Shown here one piece after another: positions 30,595 through 40,310 of a stretch of DNA of 45,212 bases; the stretch's first letter is position 1, and every line of letters begins with the position of its first letter. The DNA lies in assembly GCA_045133775.1 (NCBI GenBank), contig JBGUUU010000031.1, positions 1 through 45,212 on the forward strand, written 5' to 3'. Under the pieces are notes generated by a model that ran no database searches, was not told the origin of the DNA, and worked only from the letters and a program-made list of their open reading frames with translations. The position numbers and the translations under genes are program-made. Origin of the DNA: Christensenellaceae bacterium. Its GTDB lineage: Bacteria; Bacillota; Clostridia; Christensenellales; Borkfalkiaceae.

Positions 30595-31363
30595 TTATCT
30601 CTCCTAAAGTTTTTATTTGCTTGCCGTTTACGTCAACGGTATAGCTTTCTTTATAAATTAGTGCCCCTATAGGTTCAAAAACAAACCCTTTTTCTTGCAA
30701 AGCAGAAAAAATAAGCGGCAGCGATTCGGCAGTATGAAGTCCATTATTGTGACATAAAATAATGCTACCGCTTTCTGCCTTTTTTAAAATTCTAGTCGCT
30801 ATTTGGTCTGCAGATAAGTCCTTCCAATCTAAGCTATCAACGCTCCATTGAATAGTGTAAAGCCCCATCTCTCTGGCAGTAGAAACGAGCAAATCGTTAT
30901 AATCGCCATACGGTGGACGAAAGAGCTCCACCTTTCTGCCTGTAATTTTTTCTATCGCTTCTGCCGATGTTTTTAACTCGTCTTGAATTTGACTTTTATT
31001 CATTTTTGACATATACGGATGAGTTCTGGAGTGCGTGCCAATCTCGTGCCCACGCTCAAATATCTTTTTAACGTATTCGGGGTTTTTCTCAACCCAAAAC
31101 TGCGTCATAAAAAAGGTGCATTTTACGTTATAAAAATCAAGCGTGTCTAGTATCTTATCGGTGTATTCCGTGCCCCAAGCGCAATCAAATGAAATAGACA
31201 GTTTTTTATCCTTTCTATCAACGCAGTAAATAGGCAAATCACGCTTGCCTGTGGACATTGTGTAAACCGTGTAAGTTCCCGTTTCTTTTAGCGCTATTGC
31301 GCATGCAACAATCATTGCAACAGCTATACAAACAGATATAATTTTCTTTGTTTTTTCCTGCAT
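30587..31363 (-). CDS. Polysaccharide deacetylase (NodB homology domain), membrane anchored
   Basis: N-terminal TM; SFDCAWG...; GHEIGTHSRTHP; RPPYGDYN motifs. Confidence 0.85.
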   Translation of the reverse strand: MQEKTKKIISVCIAVAMIVACAIALKETGTYTVYTMSTGKRDLPIYCVDRKDKKLSISFDCAWGTEYTDKILDTLDFYNVKCTFFMTQFWVEKNPEYVKKIFERGHEIGTHSRTHPYMSKMNKSQIQDELKTSAEAIEKITGRKVELFRPPYGDYNDLLVSTAREMGLYTIQWSVDSLDWKDLSADQIATRILKKAESGSIILCHNNGLHTAESLPLIFSALQEKGFVFEPIGALIYKESYTVDVNGKQIKTLGEIND

Positions 31364-31523
31364 TTAACTACCCCGTAATTTTAACACTTTTTCTATGACT
31401 GAAAATGGCTATAAATAGCGAATTTAGTCTTATTTTGGCGATTATGCGTTATTATTTTTATTCGCATAAATTTTCAAATATTCTAGGCGTAAAAAAATAG
31501 TCGAAAAATTTATTAAAAAATGA

Positions 31524-31552
31524 TTGACATTACAATTTATTATATATATAAT
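31524..31552 (+). promoter_or_regulatory. Consensus sigma-A promoter of the XRE-cupin regulator/pot operon
   Basis: TTGACA (31524-31529), 17-nt spacer, TATAAT (31547-31552). Confidence 0.65.
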
Positions 31553-31624
31553 ATGCTCACCAGTTTAATTTTATTAAACTTTTTGTTTAAACTCTCTAAA
31601 TGGGGTTTGAAGAAGGGGGTAACC

Positions 31625-32158
31625 ATGCAAATAGGCAAAAAAATACGAGCCCTTAGGTATCAAATAAACTTAACTCAAGAAGAACTTGCAAATAGGTGCG
31701 AACTCACAAAAGGCTACATAAGTCAGCTAGAAAACGACCTAACAAGCCCGTCTATAGCAACGTTAATTGACATTTTGTCTGCGCTCGGCACAAATTTAAA
31801 AGAGTTTTTTGCTGAAGAACAAGAAGAAAAAATCGTCTTCTCTCACGACGACTTTATAGAAAAAAACACCGACGATTTTCAACTTTTGTGGCTTGTAACA
31901 AACGCCCAAAAGAATATGATGGAGCCTATTTCCGTCGAGCTTAAGCCACACGGCAAAACCGAGCCGGACTTCCCACACGAGGGCGAAGAGTTCGGCTACG
32001 TGTTGTCAGGCTCTATAATAGTTCATATCGGCAGTAAAAAATACAAATGTCAAAAAGGCGAAAGCTTTTACTTTACGGCAAGCAAAAGTCACTACGTAGA
32101 AAACGTGACGGATAAGCCTGCAAAATTTATTTGGGTAAGCACCCCACCTACCTTTTAA
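31625..32158 (+). CDS. XRE-family HTH plus cupin-domain transcriptional regulator (PuuR-like)
   Basis: I place the start at ATG 31625 (SD AAGGGGG) rather than track start 31520. The product has IGKKIRALRYQINLTQEELANRCELTKGYISQLEN followed by a C-terminal cupin (GEEFGYVLSG...). Confidence 0.8.
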   Translation: MQIGKKIRALRYQINLTQEELANRCELTKGYISQLENDLTSPSIATLIDILSALGTNLKEFFAEEQEEKIVFSHDDFIEKNTDDFQLLWLVTNAQKNMMEPISVELKPHGKTEPDFPHEGEEFGYVLSGSIIVHIGSKKYKCQKGESFYFTASKSHYVENVTDKPAKFIWVSTPPTF

Positions 32159-32174
32159 ACTAAGGAGAAAGACC

Positions 32175-33677
32175 ATGGAAAATAAAGAAAAAATTATAGA
32201 GCTTAAGGGCGTAGAAAAAATCTTCGACGGTCAAACTGCCGTTGAAAAAATGGATTTATATATAAGAAAAGGCGAATTCGTTACCTTTTTAGGTCCTTCT
32301 GGTTGCGGAAAATCTACAACACTTAGAATGATAGCTGGCTTTGAAATGCCAACTAGTGGTCAAATCCTTTTAAACGGCAAGGATATAACTAACGTGCCAC
32401 CATACGAAAGACCTATCAATACGGTTTTCCAAAGATACGCGCTCTTCCCACACCTTAACGTTTACGACAATATCGCATACGGCTTAAAGCTTAAGAGATT
32501 TAGAAACACTTACGTTGACAAAAAAGGTAAGCAAAGAGTAAGGATTGAAAAACTTTCTAAAGAAGTTATCGACGCTAAGGTGTCAAGAGTTTTAAAACTT
32601 GTTGACCTTGAAGAATTTGAAAAGAGAGACGTTACCACCCTTTCTGGTGGACAACAACAACGTATCGCAATAGCGAGAGCTATTGTAAACGAGCCTGAAA
32701 TTCTTCTTTTAGACGAGCCACTCGGCGCGCTTGACCTTAAAATGAGAAAGGACATGCAGTTAGAGCTTAAAGATATGCATCAAAAGCTTGGCATTACCTT
32801 TATTTACGTAACGCACGACCAAGAAGAAGCGCTTACAATGAGCGATACAATAGTCGTTATGTCTGACGGTGTTATTCAACAAATCGGCACGCCAAAGGAC
32901 ATTTATAACGAGCCTAAAAACTCTTTCGTTGCAGACTTTATTGGCGAGAGCAACATTTTCTCTGGCACGATGGTTGGCAATAAAAAGGTTAGATTTATCA
33001 ACAAGGTTTTCGACTGCGTAGACGACTTCCCTATAAACGAAAAGGTTGACGTTGTTGTTCGCCCAGAAGACGTATTCTTGGCAGATGAAGGCAAGGGTAT
33101 GGTTGACGGTGTAATCATTTCTTCAATTTTTAAAGGTGTTCATTATGAAATGACCTTTAAGGTTGGTAAAACCGAAGTCGTTATTCAAGACACTATTGAA
33201 AGAAAGGTTGGCGAAAGATGCTCTATACATATTCGCCCAGACGACATTCACATAATGGAAAAGGAATTCGACTGCAACCGTTACGAAGGCTATATTACAA
33301 AGCGAAACACAGTTTGCTTTGCCGACGGCGAATTCGAGTGTGACGTTACTCAACTTTACGAAAACTCTCACCTTGACGAAGAAGGTTACCTTATTTTAGA
33401 AAACGGTGAAAGCATAGACTTAACCGACGTTGACGTTAAGGTTGAAGTTGGTCTTAAAGATATTGAAATTATAGATAATGATGAAGACGGTGATGCTTGT
33501 GGAACTATCATTTCTATCGTATATAAGGGCGACCACTACCAAATCATTATTAGAACAGACGACGAAGAAGATTTTGTTGTAGACACAGAATACGTTTGGA
33601 ACGAAAACGATAGAGTTTCTGTTAAGATACCAAAAGACAAGATTAAACTTAAATTAAAGGCGGTAAACCAAAAATGA
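32175..33677 (+). CDS. potA: Spermidine/putrescine ABC transporter ATP-binding protein, long form
   Basis: Walker A GPSGCGKST, INTVFQRYALFPHLNV, LSGGQQQR, LLLDEP. It is 500 aa. It has an insertion after the Q-loop region (RFRNTYVDKKGKQRVRIEKLSKE) and an extended C-terminal regulatory region. Confidence 0.8.
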   Translation: MENKEKIIELKGVEKIFDGQTAVEKMDLYIRKGEFVTFLGPSGCGKSTTLRMIAGFEMPTSGQILLNGKDITNVPPYERPINTVFQRYALFPHLNVYDNIAYGLKLKRFRNTYVDKKGKQRVRIEKLSKEVIDAKVSRVLKLVDLEEFEKRDVTTLSGGQQQRIAIARAIVNEPEILLLDEPLGALDLKMRKDMQLELKDMHQKLGITFIYVTHDQEEALTMSDTIVVMSDGVIQQIGTPKDIYNEPKNSFVADFIGESNIFSGTMVGNKKVRFINKVFDCVDDFPINEKVDVVVRPEDVFLADEGKGMVDGVIISSIFKGVHYEMTFKVGKTEVVIQDTIERKVGERCSIHIRPDDIHIMEKEFDCNRYEGYITKRNTVCFADGEFECDVTQLYENSHLDEEGYLILENGESIDLTDVDVKVEVGLKDIEIIDNDEDGDACGTIISIVYKGDHYQIIIRTDDEEDFVVDTEYVWNENDRVSVKIPKDKIKLKLKAVNQK

Positions 33678-34489
33678 TGGCTCTTAAATTTTCGAGAAAG
33701 CATCTCGGAATACCATACGCCTTGTTTATGGCTTTATTCGTGGTTTTTCCATTGCTTTTGATTATCTATTATGCTTTTACCGACCCTGATACAGGCAAGA
33801 TAAGCATGATAAACTTTATAGACTTTTTTACAAGCAACGCAAACCTTACTGCGCTATTTATAAGTTTGGCTCTTGCCGTGCTTACTACGGCTATATGCTT
33901 GTTAATTGCATATCCCGCAGCTTATATCTTAGCTAGAACAGATATGAACAAAAACGGTATAATGCTCCTTTTGTTTATTCTTCCAATGTGGATTAACTTT
34001 GTTTTAAGAACTGCCGCAATGAAAGAATTGCTCTATTCTATTGGTATGTTCAACTCAAACAAAACAAGCTTTATCAATACGCTTATCGGTATGGTATACG
34101 ACTATTTGCCTTTTGCAATTTTGCCTATCTATACCATTTTACAAAAGCTTGATAAAAACATTATTGAAGCATCTTCAGACCTTGGCGCAAGTAATGCGCA
34201 AACACTTTTTAAGGTGACTATTCCACTTTCTATGCCGGGAATAATAAGCGCTGTAACAATGATTTTACTCCCTACTATGACAAGTTACGTAGTTTCTGAC
34301 ACACTCGGCAACGGTAACGTAACGATTATCGGTAAACTTATCGAAAACCAATTCAGCACTATGTTTAACTGGAACGCAGGCTCTGCTATAGCAATGATTC
34401 TCCTTGTTTTCATCTTTGCCACAATGATAATAACAGGCAAATTTACTGAAAACGACTCTGCCGATGCTAGAGGGGGTGGATTATGGTAA
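33674..34489 (+). CDS. potB: Spermidine/putrescine ABC transporter permease
   Basis: 271 aa polytopic; EAS.DLGA motif (EASSDLGASNAQTLFKVTIP). Confidence 0.8.
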   Translation: MMALKFSRKHLGIPYALFMALFVVFPLLLIIYYAFTDPDTGKISMINFIDFFTSNANLTALFISLALAVLTTAICLLIAYPAAYILARTDMNKNGIMLLLFILPMWINFVLRTAAMKELLYSIGMFNSNKTSFINTLIGMVYDYLPFAILPIYTILQKLDKNIIEASSDLGASNAQTLFKVTIPLSMPGIISAVTMILLPTMTSYVVSDTLGNGNVTIIGKLIENQFSTMFNWNAGSAIAMILLVFIFATMIITGKFTENDSADARGGGLW

Positions 34490-35286
34490 AGAAATTCTTC
34501 CAAAGGGGTTATATTTGGCTTTTAATTGCCTTTTTATATGCTCCAATTCTTCTCCTTGCAGTATATAGCTTTAACAACGTTCAAATTATTGGTCAAGGAA
34601 CAAACGACTGGTCGCTCACTCTTTATAAACAACTCTTTACGAGTGAAGAGCTTATGACGACCGTTGTAAACACCCTTGTTCTTGCCATTGTTTCAAGCAT
34701 TATTTCTACTATTTTAGGAACAATGGGCGCAATCGGTATGTTCTATAGCAGAAAAAGGGTTAGAAACACATTAAATACCGTAACTCAAATACCAGTTATT
34801 AACGCAGAAATAGTAACGGCGATTTCTACTGCTTTAGTTTGCACGATGTTCGCGTTTGGTAGAACTTACGTTTCTCTTCTCATAGGTCACGTAATACTCA
34901 CCTTCCCGTTTGTCGTTTTAAACGTAACGCCAAAATTAAAGCAAATGGATAAAAACCTTTACGAAGCCGCTTTAGACCTTGGCGCAACGCCAACTCAAGC
35001 TCTTTTTAAGGTTATTATTCCACAAGTGCTCCCTGGTATTTTCTCTGGATTCTTAATTGCAATTACACTCTCTCTCGACGATTACATAATAACAACCTTT
35101 ACAAAGCCAACTACCTTTAGCACTATTTCAACCTTCGTTTTCGACGCGTATGCTAAAGGCGGAAGAAGCGCAGACGTTCCTGCACTTAGAGCTTTATCAA
35201 CTATTATTTTCTTAGTTATAGTTTTAATGTTAATCGTTAAAAACGTGCTTGCATCTAAAGGCGCAAAAGCAGGGGGTAAAAAGTAA
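34483..35286 (+). CDS. potC: Spermidine/putrescine ABC transporter permease
   Basis: 267 aa polytopic; EAALDLGATPTQALFKVIIP. Confidence 0.8.
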   Translation: MVKKFFQRGYIWLLIAFLYAPILLLAVYSFNNVQIIGQGTNDWSLTLYKQLFTSEELMTTVVNTLVLAIVSSIISTILGTMGAIGMFYSRKRVRNTLNTVTQIPVINAEIVTAISTALVCTMFAFGRTYVSLLIGHVILTFPFVVLNVTPKLKQMDKNLYEAALDLGATPTQALFKVIIPQVLPGIFSGFLIAITLSLDDYIITTFTKPTTFSTISTFVFDAYAKGGRSADVPALRALSTIIFLVIVLMLIVKNVLASKGAKAGGKK

Positions 35287-36863
35287 TGAAGAAGTTATTT
35301 TCCATTATTTTATGCGGAATTTTAGCTCTCGGCTTAATTCCCCTTACTTCATGTAAAAAAGAAGATACGTTAGTTTTAAACGTTTACAACTGGGAAGACT
35401 ATATCGCTTGCGATGAAGAAGTTTACGATATGGTTGCCGAATTTGAAAGCTGGTATAAAGCAACCTACGGCAAAACGGTTAAGGTAAATTACTCTACGTT
35501 TGGCACTAACGAAAACATGTATAACGAGTTAAAGCTCACCCAAAAGAAAGACGGAACTTATAGCTACGACTTGGTTTGTCCTTCTGAGTATATGATTCAA
35601 AAGATGATACTAGAAGGTATGTGCGAAAAGTTTGACCATTCTAAAATGGTAAACTACAACAACAACCTTGCTCCTTATATAGAGAATCTTTTTAAGGAAA
35701 ACGGTTGGTATGATTACGCAACCTGCTACAACTGGGGAACAATGGGCTTTACCTACAACCCTGAATACGTTGATTATGACGACGTTTCTAGCTGGGCTGT
35801 TGTAACAAACGAAAAGTATAACAACAAAATTACTATTAAAGATAGCGTGCGCGACAGTTACGTTTTAGCGCTTGGCTATATAAATAGAGAAGAGCTTTTA
35901 TCTCTTGACCCTAACGATTCTAACTACACTAAAGAAGTTGGCAAGCTTTTAAATGATTTTTCTAATGAAACCATTGAAAAAGCAAGAGTATTTTTAACAG
36001 ACGTTAGAAAAAATCTATACGGTTTTGAAGTTGATAGCGGTAAGCAAGATATGGCAACTGGCAAGCTTTGGATTAACTTTGCTTGGAGTGGCGACGCCGT
36101 ATATGCAATGGATATAGCCGAAGAAGAAGGCACTTATCTTGAATACGCTGTCCCAAAAGAAGGTAGCAATCTTTTCTTTGACGGTTGGGTTATGCCAAAG
36201 GGAGCGAATAAAGAGCTTGCTCAAATCTTCCTTGAATTTATGTATCGTGAAGATAATGCCATTGAAAATCTCGATTACATTTGTTACTCTTCACCAATGG
36301 TAGGCGAAGACGTATTCACTTACGTTTGCGATAACTACGGTTTAACAACTTTAATACCTTGCAATGAAGAAACTGATTATCAAGATGCAAACGGAAACTA
36401 TTACGAAGAGATTTATATTGCTAACGCTCCAGACTTTGACGCAAGTTTATCAACCTATAGGGTGGCTTATTTAGATGAAAATAGCCATTTAGCATATGAA
36501 GACGTAGAGTTTTTTGAGTATAGCGTTAAACATTTCTTTGAAGATAAAATCGAAGGCGACGGCATTATTTATACCGATTCTGACAAACGTCAACTCGCCG
36601 CAATGTATCCAACTGAAACGATTATGAAAAGATGCGTTGTTATGGAACACGTCGAAAAAGAGCAATTAAAAGCGCTTAACAACATGTGGGACTCTGTTAA
36701 GGTTGGCTATATGAAATACTCAACTATGCTCATTATAGTAATTGTTACCGTATTATTGCTTGCAGCTATTATTACGTTTACCACCTTGAAAAAGAAAGGC
36801 AAAACGTTAAAACTTCGCAAAAAAGATTATGGCACACTTATAAAGAGTGAAAGAATTAAATAA
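35286..36863 (+). CDS. potD: Polyamine-type ABC substrate-binding lipoprotein, enlarged, with a C-terminal TM anchor
   Basis: Lipobox LIPLTSC; PotD-like LNVYNWEDYI start; 525 aa; C-terminal hydrophobic segment MLIIVIVTVLLLAAIITFTTL followed by KKKGK. Confidence 0.7.
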   Translation: MKKLFSIILCGILALGLIPLTSCKKEDTLVLNVYNWEDYIACDEEVYDMVAEFESWYKATYGKTVKVNYSTFGTNENMYNELKLTQKKDGTYSYDLVCPSEYMIQKMILEGMCEKFDHSKMVNYNNNLAPYIENLFKENGWYDYATCYNWGTMGFTYNPEYVDYDDVSSWAVVTNEKYNNKITIKDSVRDSYVLALGYINREELLSLDPNDSNYTKEVGKLLNDFSNETIEKARVFLTDVRKNLYGFEVDSGKQDMATGKLWINFAWSGDAVYAMDIAEEEGTYLEYAVPKEGSNLFFDGWVMPKGANKELAQIFLEFMYREDNAIENLDYICYSSPMVGEDVFTYVCDNYGLTTLIPCNEETDYQDANGNYYEEIYIANAPDFDASLSTYRVAYLDENSHLAYEDVEFFEYSVKHFFEDKIEGDGIIYTDSDKRQLAAMYPTETIMKRCVVMEHVEKEQLKALNNMWDSVKVGYMKYSTMLIIVIVTVLLLAAIITFTTLKKKGKTLKLRKKDYGTLIKSERIK

Positions 36864-36865
36864 TC

Positions 36866-36896
36866 AAAAAGCCGTTTGGACTCCAAACGGCTTTTC
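36866..36896. terminator. Bidirectional terminator between potD and spoIVFB-like
   Basis: GCCGTTTGG-act-CCAAACGGC flanked by AAAAA and TTTT. Confidence 0.7.
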
Positions 36897-36901
36897 ATTT
36901 G

Positions 36902-37732
36902 TTAACAAATTTTCTCTGCAAAGGCGCGAGATTGTAAAACGTTTATAACGTCGTGGGGCTCTAAAATGCGTTTTAGCACGCCATTATCACTATAAACGTA
37001 AATACGATATAGATAGCCACCATCAATCTTTTTGTAAAGATTTTTAACTGTAAAGTCTTCGCTAACGGCGAGAGACTTTATTTTTTTACCATTTTTTAAA
37101 CTGCCAATAGATATGCTTTGATAAAGCCTTATAAACCTATTTTCTTTGCCTTTATCAATTACCCCAAGTAGCATAAATATTGCAAAAAGCAGTAGCGACG
37201 GATTGCCACCTACAAATAGCGACAACACGTAAAGTGCTAAAAAACCTAAAAAGAATATTACCCCAATAATCTTGCAAATAAGCACGGCTGTTTTTCTTGA
37301 CAGAAAGGTAGATAGCGAGCAAAGAAGAATTCTTCCACCATCTAAAGGAAAAACTGGCAAAAGGTTAATTATGCAAAGGGCAAGCCCCGCAGTTACTGCA
37401 AGCTCTGTATAAGGATAAGTTTCGGGGAAAACCCACCAAACGGCTACTAGCGCAATGCTTATGCTTAAATTTAGTAGTGGCCCTGCAAGGCTTACCTTTA
37501 TTTCATCTACGTAGCTCATATTAGAAATTTCACCCGTAACTATTGCCCCAAACGGCATTAAAGTTACGTTTACGAGCTTATAGCCACACTTTTGCGCCGA
37601 AATGGAGTGCCCTATTTCGTGTATTAGCGCGCACAAAGTATAAACTAAAAAAGAATATACCTTGCCGGTAGCGACAAAGTATATTCCTACGATAAAAAAC
37701 AAAGGATGAACTTTAAACCTTAGCTTTCCCAT
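36902..37732 (-). CDS. spoIVFB: M50 site-2 metalloprotease, SpoIVFB-like
   Basis: HEIGH at ALIHEIGHS and NLLPVFPLDGGR motifs; 276 aa; preceded by an M23-like gene, as in the spoIVF operon. Confidence 0.6.
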   Translation of the reverse strand: MGKLRFKVHPLFFIVGIYFVATGKVYSFLVYTLCALIHEIGHSISAQKCGYKLVNVTLMPFGAIVTGEISNMSYVDEIKVSLAGPLLNLSISIALVAVWWVFPETYPYTELAVTAGLALCIINLLPVFPLDGGRILLCSLSTFLSRKTAVLICKIIGVIFFLGFLALYVLSLFVGGNPSLLLFAIFMLLGVIDKGKENRFIRLYQSISIGSLKNGKKIKSLAVSEDFTVKNLYKKIDGGYLYRIYVYSDNGVLKRILEPHDVINVLQSRAFAEKIC

Positions 37733-38442
37733 ATAATAACGCCGTCTTCAACGATATAATTGGTGAGCAAATTTTCTCCGTCGTACATATATACTTTTGC
37801 GCTATCGCCTGCAACGTAGCAAACAGGAACGTAAGCAAACACCTGCTCGCCACTAGTTGTGTAAACGTAATCTACGTCTGAAATAACTGTTTTAAAACTG
37901 TCGCTATGGCTAATTGTGATTGTATATTTTCCGTCTTCTTCTACAATGGAAGTAACCGTTCCGTCGCAAACAGGATAAAGTGCTCCTTTGCCAGAAAAAG
38001 TCATAACGCCGTTTTCAACTTCTACAGAAAGGTCGCTTGATGGACTTTTTGCACTAAAACTTAAATAAGTTCTTGCATCAACCATTTCGGCATCAGTTTT
38101 AAAAACCTTTTTCATAAGGTTGTTAATGCCGCTATTCTCCCAAAAGATATTTGTTAGCAAGATTGTAACAATAAGAGCAAAAATAGCAATTGCTTGAACT
38201 TTTACAACGTCAAAACTAAACTTTTTACCAAAGAATTTCCTGTTTTTAGGAGTAATATCTTCAAACTCTTCTACGTTTTGAGTTTCTGCAGCAATATTTT
38301 CTACGTATTCTGTTTCGTTTACTTTAGTTATTACTTCTTCTTTTACGTCTTTGCGCTTTTTTCTTCTCGCAGGTTTTACAATAACGTCACACGATGAAAC
38401 GTTTAAACCTAACATTTCTGCATATTCCATTCCGTCTTTCAT
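37720..38442 (-). CDS. Membrane protein with a degenerate M23/LytM-like C-terminal domain, SpoIVFA-like
   Basis: Single TM (AIAIFALIVTILLTNIF). C-terminal beta-rich domain PVCDGTVTSIVEEDGKYTITISHSDSFKTV. Overlaps the spoIVFB-like start. Confidence 0.45.
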   Translation of the reverse strand: MKDGMEYAEMLGLNVSSCDVIVKPARRKKRKDVKEEVITKVNETEYVENIAAETQNVEEFEDITPKNRKFFGKKFSFDVVKVQAIAIFALIVTILLTNIFWENSGINNLMKKVFKTDAEMVDARTYLSFSAKSPSSDLSVEVENGVMTFSGKGALYPVCDGTVTSIVEEDGKYTITISHSDSFKTVISDVDYVYTTSGEQVFAYVPVCYVAGDSAKVYMYDGENLLTNYIVEDGVIIWES

Positions 38443-38516
38443 ACATTTCTCCTTTCGGGCTATCCCTTTTACTGTTATATCGTATGTAACGGAATTTCAA
38501 AATAGAACTATGAAAA

Positions 38517-39032
38517 TTAACAAAATGCTAAATCGCTTATAGCAGTTTTAGCAATATCAAAGCCGTTATCTAAAGCCTTAAATAAGTGCTTTTTAGATTT
38601 TCTTATATTAGACCTAACGTAAATACCCTTGCTATAGCAAAGCCCTAAATAATATTCTGCTTCTGCCAAGCCCTGTTTTGCGCCCTTAGACCAAAGCTTA
38701 AACGCCTTCTTTTCATCACGGTTTACACCATAGCCATAATAGAAGTTTCTTGCAAGCAATAAAACTGCATTAGCGTAGCCTGCGCGCGCCGCTCTTTTAA
38801 GATATTTAGTGCCAGTTTTTATATCTCTATGCCCTGCTTCGCCAACGAGAAGCATATAAGCATACATAAATTCTGATGCAGTATGACCTTTTTTTGCAGC
38901 TTCTTTATACCAGCTTTCAGCTAACTGAAGATTTTTGTTTTCGCCTATGCCGTGATAAAATTTTTGAGCAATTAAATATTGATTTTCTGCTACTCCGTCT
39001 ATTGCGCCTTTTAAAATCATTTTGTTTATCAT
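38517..39032 (-). CDS. Sel1-like repeat (SLR/TPR) protein
   Basis: Repeated A..WY.KAA..G...A.......G.G units. Confidence 0.75.
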   Translation of the reverse strand: MINKMILKGAIDGVAENQYLIAQKFYHGIGENKNLQLAESWYKEAAKKGHTASEFMYAYMLLVGEAGHRDIKTGTKYLKRAARAGYANAVLLLARNFYYGYGVNRDEKKAFKLWSKGAKQGLAEAEYYLGLCYSKGIYVRSNIRKSKKHLFKALDNGFDIAKTAISDLAFC

Positions 39033-39208
39033 AAATATCTCCTTAGCTTTTGTGACTACATTTTAACACCTATATATTGACATACGCTTGTCATTGTTTA
39101 TAAAAATTTTTTAACTATTTTACCTACTTTTTACAAATCTTTAATAAAAACGTTTTTATTTGGCTATACATTATGGTATAATATAGAAAAACATAAAAAG
39201 GACAAATT

Positions 39209-40225
39209 ATGCTAGATTTATTCTTTAAAGATGCAGTAATGAAAGACGCTATTCTTCTTTTCGCCTTTGGTTTTATACTCTTAATTAAGGGTGGCGACTG
39301 GTTTGTTGACGGAGCAACTGCAATTGCAAAAAAATTCCACATTCCTGATATTTTAATAGGCGCAACGGTTGTATCCATTGGAACAACTCTACCTGAAGTT
39401 ATGGTTTCGGCTATGGGTTCAGCTAGTGGACAAGGCGATCTTGCATACGGAAACGCAATAGGCTCTATAATTTGTAACACTGCTTTAATTGCCGCTATTA
39501 CAATTGCCGTAAAGCCCGCTGAAGTAGACCGTAAAACCCTTATCATTCCAGTATGCTTCTTCTTTGGTGCTGCAGTATTTTACTCTTGCGTGGCAATCTT
39601 TTTAAAAGATTTTGCCCTTTGGGTAGGTATAGTTCTTCTTATAACCTTCGTTATTTATATGGCTGTTACTATATGGCAAACACTAAAAACTGCTAAACAA
39701 GACCGTGAACTTTTAAAACCCGAAGAAAAAACCGAAGAAGATGATGATCAAACTCCTTTTTATAAATCTATTCTTCTTTTAGTACTAGGAGCATTCGTAA
39801 TTGCAATAGGTGCAACCCTTTTAAAGGAAAAAGCCGAGTTTATTGCACATAAATGGGGAGTTTCTACTAAAGTAATCTCTATCGTTATCGTTGCGCTTGG
39901 AACGTCGCTTCCTGAACTCATAACTGCCATCAACGCTCTTTTAAAGGGCCGCGGAGCGCTTTCTCTTGGCAATCTTATAGGCGCAAATCTCTTTAACATT
40001 GTTTTAGTAAGTGGTTTAGCAATAACTATCGCACCTTTTAAATTACCTGCTAAGGATTTCATAGGTCGTTTTAATGCATCACTTGTTTTAGACACACCTG
40101 TAATGCTTGCAACAATGGCAATACTTACAATCCCAACTATATTAAGAAATAAACTTTCTAAAGTGCAAGGCTATACACTTCTTGCTATCTACGCAACGTT
40201 TGTAACTTTGCAATTCGTTCTTTAA
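39209..40225 (+). CDS. CaCA-family sodium/calcium antiporter (YrbG-like)
   Basis: Two alpha-repeat motifs: GTTLPEV...GNAIGSIICN and GTSLPEL...GNLIGANLFN. Confidence 0.85.
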   Translation: MLDLFFKDAVMKDAILLFAFGFILLIKGGDWFVDGATAIAKKFHIPDILIGATVVSIGTTLPEVMVSAMGSASGQGDLAYGNAIGSIICNTALIAAITIAVKPAEVDRKTLIIPVCFFFGAAVFYSCVAIFLKDFALWVGIVLLITFVIYMAVTIWQTLKTAKQDRELLKPEEKTEEDDDQTPFYKSILLLVLGAFVIAIGATLLKEKAEFIAHKWGVSTKVISIVIVALGTSLPELITAINALLKGRGALSLGNLIGANLFNIVLVSGLAITIAPFKLPAKDFIGRFNASLVLDTPVMLATMAILTIPTILRNKLSKVQGYTLLAIYATFVTLQFVL

Positions 40226-40237
40226 AAATTTGCAAAA

Positions 40238-40267
40238 TAAAAGGCTAGTTTTACTAGCCTTTTTTTA
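40238..40267 (+). terminator. Terminator after the antiporter gene
   Basis: AAGGCTAGT-ttt-ACTAGCCTT followed by TTTTTTATTT. Confidence 0.7.
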
Positions 40268-40275
40268 TTTGTCTA

Positions 40276-40304
40276 TTGACTTAATATGATTAAATATATA
40301 TAAT
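40276..40304 (+). promoter_or_regulatory. Consensus promoter giving a probable leaderless phosphatase mRNA
   Basis: TTGACT (40276-40281), 17-nt spacer, TATAAT (40299-40304). The ATG at 40311 is 6 nt after the -10 and has no SD. Confidence 0.5.
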
Positions 40305-40310
40305 AAATAT

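Noticed and set aside
31520-31624. N-terminal extension of the XRE-cupin regulator (track start 31520)
   Set aside because: The extension starts inside the -35/-10 promoter elements, so it could not be transcribed from that promoter. ATG 31625 has a good SD.
39124-39546. 140-aa minus-strand ORF
   Set aside because: It is antisense to the start of the well-supported CaCA antiporter gene. It has a shadow-frame composition and no SD.
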